Shown piece after piece: positions 10,743 to 19,245 of a DNA stretch of 64,000 bases (positions are counted from its first letter, which is position 1; each line of letters opens with the position of its first letter). The notes below the pieces were generated by a model. It was not told the origin of the DNA. It did not search any database and saw nothing but the letters and a program-made list of their open reading frames with translations. This DNA is from Chloroflexota bacterium. GTDB taxonomy: Bacteria > Chloroflexota > Anaerolineae > J102. The stretch covers positions 2,545 through 66,544 of the forward strand of contig JAADII010000169.1 of assembly GCA_013151415.1 (NCBI GenBank), written 5' to 3'. The position numbers were made by a program, and so were the translations under genes.

Positions 10743-13241
10743 ATGAACGGGTCACAAGAATCGCTCTACGATATATTCATCTCTTATGCGCAGGCCGATC
10801 GCGCCTGGGTGGAAGGGTACTTGATCGACGCGTTGGAATCGGCCGGCGCGCGCGTGCTTTCGGAAGAGACGTTTCGCTTGGGCGCGCCGCGTATTCTTGA
10901 ATTCGAGCGGGCCCTCCAGCAAAGCCATCGCGTGTTGCTTGTGCTATCACCCGCTTATTTCGCCGCGGATTTCCAACGCTTCTTTGATATTCTCGCCCAA
11001 AGCTATGGCGCAGAAACCGGCGCGTGGCCGGTCATTCCCCTCATTCTGCATCCGGTGGACTTGCCTCCGCGGCTGGCGCAGCTCGTGGCGTTGGACGCCA
11101 GCGAGCCGGAACGTTGGGAAGAGGTGGTGGCCGCTCTATTGCGCGACCTGAAACGCCCGCGGCCCGCGGCCCCAAAAATCCCGCCTTGCCCCTATCCTGG
11201 CATGGCTCCATTCACCGAAGCCGACAGCAAGCATTTTTTTGGCCGTGAGCGCGAAATCGAAGAATCGGTTCAGCGCCTACGCGTCCATCCTTTCCTGGCC
11301 ATCATCGGCCCTTCGGGCTGTGGAAAATCCTCTCTGGTCTTTGCAGGGTTGTTGCCTGCGTTGCGCCAAAGCTCTCTATTTGGCAAGGGCGAGTGGCTGG
11401 TGCGCACCCTTCGCCCGGGGGAAACGCCTCACAGCGCGTTGCAAGCCCTGCTCGCCGACATCCCGTCGCCTGGCGAGCGCGGCCCTTTTCTGCTGGTGGT
11501 GGATCAGTTCGAGGAAACCTTCACCCTGGCCGGAGATGAGCGGACGGCATTTCAGAATGCGCTTCTCGCTCTCATCGGCCAACCCAACGCCTACCTGACG
11601 ATCACCGTTCGGGCGGACTTCTATCCTGACCTGATGACTTCGCCGCTTTGGCGAGAGATTCAGGCCCATCGCCTGGAAGTGCCGCCTTTGGGCGAAGAGG
11701 GACTTCGAGAAGCCATTGTGCGGCCGGCCGAAAGCGTGGGCGTGTATGTCGAATCAGCCCTGGTGGAGCGGTTGGTGGCCGATGCGGCCGGCGAACCGGG
11801 CATCCTTCCCTTCGTTCAAGAGACGCTGGTCTTGCTATGGGACAAACTCGAGCGTCGATTTCTCCCCCTACGCGCGTATGAAGCTTTGGTTATGCCGCGT
11901 AAAGCTTATGGCCAGCCGCCTTTGATCGGTTTGCAAGCGGCCATGGCCCGCCGCGCTGAAGCGGCGTTCTCGACGCTCACGACCGAACAACAACGCATCG
12001 CGCGGCGCATGTTCCTACGCCTCATTCAGTTTGGCGAGGGTCGCTCGCATACGCGTCGTCGGCAGCCGGTCGCCGCGCTTCTGGCGGCAGAGGACGACCC
12101 ACTCCAGGTGGAAGCCACCCTCGCTCATTTGACGCAAGCCCGTCTCATCACCTTGAGCGGCGAAAGGGAGGGGCGGATGCGCATGGCGGACCTGGCGCAC
12201 GAGGCCCTGATCGAAGGCTGGCCCAGACTGGCTGCATGGGTGCAAGCGCACAAAATGGCCGAAATGGAGCGCCGACGACTGAGGGCCCTGGCCCAACGCT
12301 GGCTCGATCTCCATCGTCGGGGAGGATTGCTGGATGAGACCGAGCTTATCCTGGCCCAACGTTGGCTGACGAGTCAGGCCGCGAAAGATGTGGGCGTGGA
12401 TGCGGCCATCCTCGAATTTGTCCGGGCCAGCGAAGCCGAGCTGAAACGACGAAAACGAATGCGTTGGCTGCGACCGCTCGCGGCGGTCATGGCGGTCATG
12501 CTATTGGCGGCGTCGGGCTTTCTGGCCTATCGGGGCTTTCTGAAGGCGCAAACTCTGCGCGCCAGCCCAATGGTGCAGTTCGATGCTGGTGAAGCTATCA
12601 TCGGAACCGACGATCCCTTGGCCGAAGCGTGGGAGCGTCCCCAACGCAGCGTGCGTCTGGAGGGATTTGCTCTGGAGAAATATGAAGTCAGCAATCGTCT
12701 TTACCGCAATTGCGTGCGAGCCGGGGCGTGTGATGAACCCAAATCTGACCTGGAGCGTTACCAAAACGCTCAATATGCGCTTCACCCTGTTGTGGGCGTA
12801 ACGCCGCGACAGGCCCAGCAATATTGCCAATGGTTGGGGCGGCGCTTGCCCACATCGGTGGAATGGGAGCGGGCCGCCAGGGGCGCCAACGGTCGCGCCT
12901 GGCCATGGGGCGATGAAGCGCCTCGGCCAAATCAAGTGCGCATGCCTGTTCCCATAGACGCGCCGCCTTTGCCCGGGCCCATCGCGGTCACATCGGGCGA
13001 GCAGTCGGGCGTTTCACGCGAAGGCCTGCATCACCTCGCGGGCAATGTATGGGAGTTTGTGGTCCTGGTGGATGAAAACTGTCAGGGCCTTGAATGCCAT
13101 CAACCAAAGGCTTCGAACTGGCGGCCGGCCATCATGGGCGGAAGCTATGAATCCTCTATTATGCGCATCACCACTTTTTATACAATTGGCATCGAATCGA
13201 GCAGTCCGGAGTACGGTTTCCGCTGCGCTCAGCTCGAATGA
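10743..13241 (+). CDS. TIR - nSTAND1 NTPase - TM - FGE/SUMF1 (C-type-lectin fold) multidomain membrane protein
   Basis: TIR (YDIFISYA); PYPG; Walker A GPSGCGKSS; Walker B LVVDQFEETF; RADFY; AHEALI..WPRL; a TM helix; FGE motifs RLPTSVEWERAARG, AGNVWE and GFRCA. Confidence 0.9.
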   Translation: MNGSQESLYDIFISYAQADRAWVEGYLIDALESAGARVLSEETFRLGAPRILEFERALQQSHRVLLVLSPAYFAADFQRFFDILAQSYGAETGAWPVIPLILHPVDLPPRLAQLVALDASEPERWEEVVAALLRDLKRPRPAAPKIPPCPYPGMAPFTEADSKHFFGREREIEESVQRLRVHPFLAIIGPSGCGKSSLVFAGLLPALRQSSLFGKGEWLVRTLRPGETPHSALQALLADIPSPGERGPFLLVVDQFEETFTLAGDERTAFQNALLALIGQPNAYLTITVRADFYPDLMTSPLWREIQAHRLEVPPLGEEGLREAIVRPAESVGVYVESALVERLVADAAGEPGILPFVQETLVLLWDKLERRFLPLRAYEALVMPRKAYGQPPLIGLQAAMARRAEAAFSTLTTEQQRIARRMFLRLIQFGEGRSHTRRRQPVAALLAAEDDPLQVEATLAHLTQARLITLSGEREGRMRMADLAHEALIEGWPRLAAWVQAHKMAEMERRRLRALAQRWLDLHRRGGLLDETELILAQRWLTSQAAKDVGVDAAILEFVRASEAELKRRKRMRWLRPLAAVMAVMLLAASGFLAYRGFLKAQTLRASPMVQFDAGEAIIGTDDPLAEAWERPQRSVRLEGFALEKYEVSNRLYRNCVRAGACDEPKSDLERYQNAQYALHPVVGVTPRQAQQYCQWLGRRLPTSVEWERAARGANGRAWPWGDEAPRPNQVRMPVPIDAPPLPGPIAVTSGEQSGVSREGLHHLAGNVWEFVVLVDENCQGLECHQPKASNWRPAIMGGSYESSIMRITTFYTIGIESSSPEYGFRCAQLE

Positions 13242-13414
13242 CTATTTGAGCTCGGTGAAAATCATTTTGCCCGCCTTTTTTACGCCATTTTTGCATACGA
13301 ATTGAGTGGATTTGGCGCATGTCTCCCTTTTTCTGTGCGACAAATCGCCACCGCGACCTCTGTGGTCGAAGCCGGTGACGTTCTTTTACATTATGAAAAG
13401 AAGGAGGTGGAATC

Positions 13415-14506
13415 ATGAAACGCCCTTTAGTTGTCGCGGTGATCATCGTGACGGCGCTCCTCGTGGCATTGTTTTTCTGCGGTCTTTTTTCATCGCGGCC
13501 GCCCACGAAACAGCCTTCAAAGGTTTCTCTATCTTCTCTCGACCAAAACGCGCCCCCGGACAAGCCTTCGCCCACGCCCTGCAACGAACCATTGCCTGAA
13601 CTCTGCCCTGATTGGACGCCCGATCCCCAAGTGGCGGAAAGCATCGGCTCTTTTCCCGAAATCACGCACGAACTTTGTCCTCCGGACGCCGAGGCGACTC
13701 AAAAACCGATCTTTACAAACGAGGTGGTCTTTCGAGAAGGCAAATTCGTGCGACCGGGCAATTTCATCAACGAACAAGGAGAGCTTTTCAGCATTATCGT
13801 CAGTGGTGCAGATGAAATGAGCGTGCGTCAATACACCGACAACATGCTTATGTGCGCTGACGCATTTTTCGCAGACCAGGCGTCGCCAGCCAAACCAGAC
13901 GAGTTGGACGAGTTCGCCGCGAATTCGTTGGATGCCTTGCTCGCCATGCCCGAATCGCTGCTTATCGAGATCGATTACATTGCGCAGAGCGGCGTGACAA
14001 CGCCAGACGCGGAGAAGCTGCTCTATGCAATGGCCGCGCAAAATGTTTCCGTCCCTCCCTTGCCTTTGGCGGATTTCCAGAATCAACCCGACCCACTAAT
14101 CGTGCAATTGGAGCTTACTCTAGCCGATGAGGTGTTCTTGGAATTCCAAACCGATCGAATCGTCGATTTCATCATCGATCCCGCTATCAACCGCGCCGTG
14201 TATCATAATTATCGCTCAAAATGCCAGATGAGGGCTCGGGTGACCGTGCGCATGGCCGAATCGCAGGGCGCGGGCAGTGTGTCGGCCCTTCTCTACCGAA
14301 ATGGATTTCCCGTACAGAGTCGCATATTGAACAAAGACGAAGGGATCGTCAAGGCGACCTTGCGTCATTCCAGTGCGCCCCAGCACACCACCTACGATTT
14401 TGGCGTTTACGGGCGTCGAAACCAAAGCCGTTATCGCATTAGCGGATCGTGGGTCAAATCCTACAATGCCTCGGTGCCCTCGGGCGGCGGCTCGGTGTGC
14501 CCCTAG
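13415..14506 (+). CDS. Hypothetical N-terminally membrane-anchored/secreted protein
   Basis: AGGAGG RBS, hydrophobic N-terminus, Pro/Cys-rich linker, acidic middle and basic beta-rich C-terminal domain; no family recognised. Confidence 0.8.
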   Translation: MKRPLVVAVIIVTALLVALFFCGLFSSRPPTKQPSKVSLSSLDQNAPPDKPSPTPCNEPLPELCPDWTPDPQVAESIGSFPEITHELCPPDAEATQKPIFTNEVVFREGKFVRPGNFINEQGELFSIIVSGADEMSVRQYTDNMLMCADAFFADQASPAKPDELDEFAANSLDALLAMPESLLIEIDYIAQSGVTTPDAEKLLYAMAAQNVSVPPLPLADFQNQPDPLIVQLELTLADEVFLEFQTDRIVDFIIDPAINRAVYHNYRSKCQMRARVTVRMAESQGAGSVSALLYRNGFPVQSRILNKDEGIVKATLRHSSAPQHTTYDFGVYGRRNQSRYRISGSWVKSYNASVPSGGGSVCP

Positions 14507-14612
14507 GCAAGAATGTGATTTTCTTTCCCCTTTGCGCTTTGGCGAGAGCTCTCTGTTTTTCGACACCGAAATCAATCTGTAAAACCCGTGGTCTATTCTT
14601 AAAAACAACGGC

Positions 14613-15371
14613 ATGGTCATGAACGAATCGACAGCTTTACGAACCGAACTGAATGAGCAAAAAGCGTTCAAGCAAAAGCTGGAGCGCGAGAAGCTGACCG
14701 CGGGCGCGGTGGAACGCGCGCGCATCGAGATCGAGATCGAACGCGCCGACAAGCGCATTCGCGAGCTCGAGTGGGCTCTGGACGCGCTGGCCGAGGAACG
14801 AGAACGGATGCAGCAAAAGGACAAGGACAAAGAGAAAACCCCGGGCGGGGAAATCACGCGGAAGCGCGAAAAAGCTGCTCGAAGCAATGCTCATGTCTAT
14901 GACGTTTATATCAGCTTCGCGGAAACCGAACCGGATGCGCGTTGGGTGTGGGAGACCCTCATTCCGCGGCTGGAAGCAGAAGGTTTGCAAGTGGCTGTGG
15001 CCGAGGACGTGGTGAGGCCGGGCGTGGCCAGGGTGACCGGGGTCGAACAGGGCGTGCGCGAGGCGCGGCGCACGCTCATTGTGCTGACGCGACATTATAT
15101 CGACAATCGCTGGGCGCAGTTCGATAGTATCCTGGCCCAAACCCTTGGCTGGCAAGAAGGCGCGGCCCGCGTGATCCCCGTTCTGTTGGAAAGCATCGAT
15201 CTCGACCATCCTCCAGCCTGGATCCCCCATCGCCTCGGCCCCAATTTCGTTCGCCCCATCGATCTGAGTCCGCAGGCAATCGCCAGGGGACGATCCAATC
15301 CTCGCCGCGACCCCTGGCGCCGTCTTGTGGAAACGCTGAAATCGCCTTTACAGCCGCTTTTCAAGCCTTGA
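14613..15371 (+). CDS. Coiled-coil/helical-hairpin + TIR domain protein
   Basis: Charged helical N-terminus; TIR motifs YDVYISFA...WVWETLIPRLEAEGL...RRTLIVLT...RVIPVLL. Confidence 0.85.
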   Translation: MVMNESTALRTELNEQKAFKQKLEREKLTAGAVERARIEIEIERADKRIRELEWALDALAEERERMQQKDKDKEKTPGGEITRKREKAARSNAHVYDVYISFAETEPDARWVWETLIPRLEAEGLQVAVAEDVVRPGVARVTGVEQGVREARRTLIVLTRHYIDNRWAQFDSILAQTLGWQEGAARVIPVLLESIDLDHPPAWIPHRLGPNFVRPIDLSPQAIARGRSNPRRDPWRRLVETLKSPLQPLFKP

Positions 15372-16042
15372 ATCATTCATTTATCATGGGCGCTCGATCT
15401 CTCAGGACATATGTGCTTTTGAAAAACGCCGCGAATGTGGGATTGTGTTTCGAGCATCCCCCTTGGTGGGATGTGAGTCGGTTGGTCGCGCCGCTTCCCC
15501 ACCGTCGCGTAACGTTGTCGCCCGATGACCGAAGCGCATGGCTCCTTTCTTGGGCGCATCTTCTCACCTGGAGCAAACAACAAGGCCAGTGGGTTGAGAA
15601 TGTCCCTTATATGAAAGCGCCATGCGAAGCGAGCTCGCAGGAGCGACGCGGCGTGCTGCGCGCCTTGCGGCAGGCCGAGTGGCTCGTCATCGATCAGGAG
15701 CGGGTCTGGGTTATCCCAAAGGAGCCGGGCGAGGCTTGCCGCATATTCGAAGGTCCGTCCTGGTGGAGCGCGCTCGCGGCCGAACACCTGGACCTACTCT
15801 CGCAGCGTCGCATCGATGTGAACAACCCGCTCTGGGTGGATTATGTGTATCTGTTCACGCCTGAAGAGGCCCTGACCATCGACGCCGCGGCCCGGGAGCG
15901 CTGGAAAGCTTATTGTCGCGAGGTCTATTCTCGGAAGCTGACCCGGCATGAGATCAGCGAAATGGCCCGATTCAAACAGGCGCTGCAACAGGCGGTCTGG
16001 GTGACGCTTTATGACTACGAATGGGAATCCGGGCTGGCGTGA
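15368..16042 (+). CDS. Hypothetical Trp-rich protein (start uncertain)
   Basis: 224-aa ORF abutting the TIR gene on the same strand; no family recognised. Confidence 0.55.
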   Translation: MNHSFIMGARSLRTYVLLKNAANVGLCFEHPPWWDVSRLVAPLPHRRVTLSPDDRSAWLLSWAHLLTWSKQQGQWVENVPYMKAPCEASSQERRGVLRALRQAEWLVIDQERVWVIPKEPGEACRIFEGPSWWSALAAEHLDLLSQRRIDVNNPLWVDYVYLFTPEEALTIDAAARERWKAYCREVYSRKLTRHEISEMARFKQALQQAVWVTLYDYEWESGLA

Positions 16043-16149
16043 ACCTGTTGTTTGTGTGGCCAGCGCATGACGGAGATGAACGAAGCGACCATCGTCGAGT
16101 TAGAGGCAATCCCGCCCGAAACCAAGCAAAAGTCGGAGAGCACGCAACC

Positions 16150-16821
16150 ATGACCACAGTACGCGAACAAGCGCTCACCTGTGCGGTGTGCGGACACACC
16201 GAGAAGCACACCGTGCTTGTTTCCTCGAGCGCATTTGGCGCGTCCGATCTGGACACGCGGCCGCCGCCATTGATGCGATTTACATTGCCCTTTCAGATTC
16301 AATGTTGCCCCGCATGCGGGTATTGTGCGCCCAATATATCCCATGCGCCGGATCGCGATATCGCGGCCTCGATTGTGCTGAGCAAGGACTACCAGGCTCA
16401 GCTAAGGGACGCGGAGCTTCCCTATCTGGCGAGCATGTTTCTATGCGCGAGCGACATCCAGAAAGCATTGGGAAACGATGCGGATGCAGGATGGTTCGCG
16501 CTTCGCGCCGCGTGGGTCTGCGATGATGAGGAGCGCGATCAGGGGGCGAGGCAATGCCGGCTGCGAGCCGTGGAGCGATTCACCCAAGCGCGCGAGCGCG
16601 GCCAGCCATTCGCGGACCAACCAGGCGCAGAAGAAGCTATTCTCACCGACCTGTTGCGTCGTAGCGGTCGTTTCGACGAAGCCACGGCCATGATCCGGCG
16701 CGGCCTGGCGCGAACGCCCGAGGACGTGATTCGCGAGGCGCTTCTGTTCCAACGCGCGTTGTGTGAACAAAGGGATGTGGCGCGCCATACTTTGGACGAA
16801 GTGTTGAAGGGTGATGCGTGA
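16150..16821 (+). CDS. DUF2225-like zinc-ribbon/TPR-like protein
   Basis: CAVCG...DLDTRP...CPACGY and LRAAW motifs, followed by a helical C-terminus. Confidence 0.75.
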   Translation: MTTVREQALTCAVCGHTEKHTVLVSSSAFGASDLDTRPPPLMRFTLPFQIQCCPACGYCAPNISHAPDRDIAASIVLSKDYQAQLRDAELPYLASMFLCASDIQKALGNDADAGWFALRAAWVCDDEERDQGARQCRLRAVERFTQARERGQPFADQPGAEEAILTDLLRRSGRFDEATAMIRRGLARTPEDVIREALLFQRALCEQRDVARHTLDEVLKGDA

Positions 16822-17682
16822 CCATGTCATTCACCATTGAACGGATGATCCGCAAAGCCGCGGTCCGGCTGCGCGACGCGGGCGTGGATTCCCCGCGGCT
16901 GGATGCAGAGCTGCTCATGGCTCATGTGTTGGGCCGCGACCGGGCATACCTGCTGGCCCATCCCGAGGAGCCTCTCTCGCCCGAACAACTGGCCCGCTTC
17001 GAGGAGTTGCTCGCGCGACGCGCGGCCCGCGAACCCCTGGCCTACATCATCGGCAAACGCTGGTTTTATGGGCTCGAGTTCATGGTCGAACCGGGCGCGC
17101 TCATTCCCCGGCCCGAAACCGAGCTGTTGGTGGAGCTGGCGCTGGCATGGCTGGCGAAGCGTCGCGAGCGCGAAATCCTGCGAGTGGCCGATGTGGGAAC
17201 CGGAAGCGGGGCCATCGCGGTGAGCCTGGCCGTGCACGCGGCCGCGCATGTGCAGATCGCGGCGCTGGACGCGTCGCCTGAGGCCTTGCGCCTGGCCCGC
17301 GTCAACGCGCAACGACATCGCGGCGGCGCGCATCCGTTTTGTGCAGAGCGATTTGCTGCAGGCCGTGGACGGGCGATTCGACCTCATCGCGGCCAATCTG
17401 CCTTACATCCCCACGGCCGACCTGGCCGGCCTGATGCCCGAGGTGCGGGACTATGAGCCGCGCGCGGCCTTGGACGGCGGGCCGGACGGGCTGCGCGTCA
17501 TCGAGCGGCTTTTGGCCCAGGCGCCTGCGCACATGCAACCGGAAGCCGCGCTCTTGCTGGAAATCGGGCATGGTCAGGGCGAGGCCGCGGCCGCACTCGC
17601 GCGGCGCTATTTCCCCCGCGCGCATATCGCCATCCACCCCGACCTGGCCGGCCGCGAGCGGGTGCTGGGGATTATGTCCTAA
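16818..17682 (+). pseudogene. prmC: Release-factor glutamine methyltransferase, frameshifted near 17322
   Basis: The 5' half carries EPLAYI, LIPRPETE and DVGTGSGAIA. The 3' half, in another frame, carries SDLL, ANLPYI, EPRAALDGGPDGL and EIGHGQ. Confidence 0.85.
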
Positions 17683-17737
17683 CGCGGTTTTAGGTCTCCA
17701 ACTTCTGGCCCTCCCGGCCGTTGTTCTTGATCCGACC

Positions 17738-17990
17738 GGACGACGGGACGATGGACGATGGGACGATGGTTGGTCTTCTGTAACGATGGCCAGCTGGGAT
17801 AATGACAGCGAATGGGAAATGACAACGAATTGAGGGGCGCCAGGCGTCAGGGGGGATGGAATGCATGTGGTGGCGAGGGTCTTGTTGGGGCAGGATTTGC
17901 GCGGGGTGGAAATGACAACGAATGAGAAATGACAGCGAATTGGGGCTCGCGGGGGGTGAGGTTTGGGGGGATGGAATGCGCGTGATGACG
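17738..17990. repeat. Cluster of GACGATGG octamers plus two pairs of a ~17-bp GAAATGACA(A/G)CGAAT motif within a ~110-bp duplicated unit
   Basis: Read directly at 17738-17769, 17798-17831 and 17908-17941. Confidence 0.8.
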
Positions 17991-18044
17991 GTGGCCTGAA
18001 TGAAGAATGGGAGATGAACCAATGGCTTGAGTTACTTTTTTGGC

Positions 18045-18243
18045 CCGCAATTCTGATGGTCTCGATTTGCACACGCGGGGCGTGAAAGTTGGCGATCATC
18101 CCCAATGGATCATCGAAAGATCCGGAGGAGCCTGTCTTGATGGTGAGATCGGTTCGTCCGTATGCTCACCGGCGTAGTTGGGAATGCGTTTGTATTTCAA
18201 CCTCGATCCGCCAAAGTTGACCAAAATGCCCAATTTGCTGTCC
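18045..18243 (-). pseudogene. Remnant of a GxxExxY (PD-(D/E)xK-like) protein
   Basis: The minus strand encodes KLGILVNFGGSRLKYKRIPN and, in another frame, LGMIANFHAPRVQIETIRI. Both resemble the GxxExxY C-terminal G-L-L-x-N-F motif. Confidence 0.65.
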
Positions 18244-18253
18244 TCCCTCCCGC

Positions 18254-18282
18254 TTGCCTCCTCCCCCATCACCCCTTACAAT
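18254..18282 (+). promoter_or_regulatory. Probable sigma70 promoter for the Cof/PQQ/PIG-L genes
   Basis: TTGCCT-17bp-TACAAT. Confidence 0.5.
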
Positions 18283-18436
18283 AACCGGACACCAACAACC
18301 AACGGTAAACGATGAATCGCAAGTGGCAAGTCGCAAGTTCTCTTCATCACCCCCCAACCTGCGACTGATTACCGAAAACTGCTCACTGACTACTAAATCT
18401 TGGTTGCGGCCAGGCCGCCATACGCCCTAACCACCT

Positions 18437-19243
18437 ATGTTCATCCGACTCATTGCCTGTGATCTCGACGGAACGCTCGCAACCCGCGACGGGTTCATCC
18501 ATCCCGAATCCATCGCCGCGTTGCAACAAGCGCGCGAACAAGGCATTCTCGTGGTGCTGGCCACGGGTCGCCTTCCCCTAACGCTAGGCCATTATCTCGA
18601 TCAGCTTGGCGTCACCAACGAACCCATCATCGCCGCGCAAGGCGCGCTCATCGCCTATCGCGACGGTCGCGTATTGCGCCGTCTGACCTTGCCGGCCGAG
18701 GTCGCGCGCGAGGCCGCGCGGCTGGCCAAACCGCTGGGCGCGGGCATGGCCTATTTCACCGAAAACCACATCCTGGTGGATAGCTACGTATTCTCGCCCG
18801 ACCAATATACGCTCTGGTTTGGCGCCTGGGCCGAACTGCAACCCAACGCGCTCACGCAGCTCAACGACCGTCTCATCAAATTCATGGCCATCCATGCGGA
18901 TGAAACCGCCGTTCCCCGACTTTTGGAAACGCTTCGGGAGGGGCTTCGCGACCGCGCTCACGTCACGCGCTCGTGGCATCACTTTGTCGAAGGCGCCGCG
19001 CCGGGCGCGGACAAAGGCTCGGCCCTCGCCTGGCTATGCGAACAACTGAACATCCGCCGCGAAGAGGTGCTGGCCATTGGCGACGGCGGCAACGATGTGA
19101 CCATGCTGCAATGGGCCGGATTCAGCGCCGCGCCGGCCGATGGCGACCCTTCGGCCCTGGCTGTGGCGCAATGGATCGCGCCGCCCATCGACAAGCGCCC
19201 CCTGGCCAAAGCCCTGGCCCATTTTCTGCATTGGGAATCGTGA
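18437..19243 (+). CDS. Cof-type HAD-IIB phosphatase
   Basis: Motifs DLDGTL, ATGR, DKG and GDGGND. Confidence 0.93.
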   Translation: MFIRLIACDLDGTLATRDGFIHPESIAALQQAREQGILVVLATGRLPLTLGHYLDQLGVTNEPIIAAQGALIAYRDGRVLRRLTLPAEVAREAARLAKPLGAGMAYFTENHILVDSYVFSPDQYTLWFGAWAELQPNALTQLNDRLIKFMAIHADETAVPRLLETLREGLRDRAHVTRSWHHFVEGAAPGADKGSALAWLCEQLNIRREEVLAIGDGGNDVTMLQWAGFSAAPADGDPSALAVAQWIAPPIDKRPLAKALAHFLHWES

Positions 19244-19245
19244 AC

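Noticed and set aside
13120-13241. FGE C-terminus as a diversity-generating retroelement variable region
   Set aside because: No template repeat or reverse transcriptase was seen in the window. A remote DGR cannot be excluded, but nothing here supports one.
10743-15371. Canonical Thoeris, CBASS or Avs defence system
   Set aside because: No ThsA (SIR2/Macro/SLOG), cyclase or TPR sensor is present. The STAND protein has a TM helix plus FGE ectodomain instead.
17316-17330. Programmed frameshift autoregulating prmC
   Set aside because: No slippery heptamer, in-frame stop or stimulatory SD at the shift site.
17798-17941. Mini CRISPR array
   Set aside because: Only two degenerate units, the intervening sequences are partly similar to each other, and there are no cas genes.
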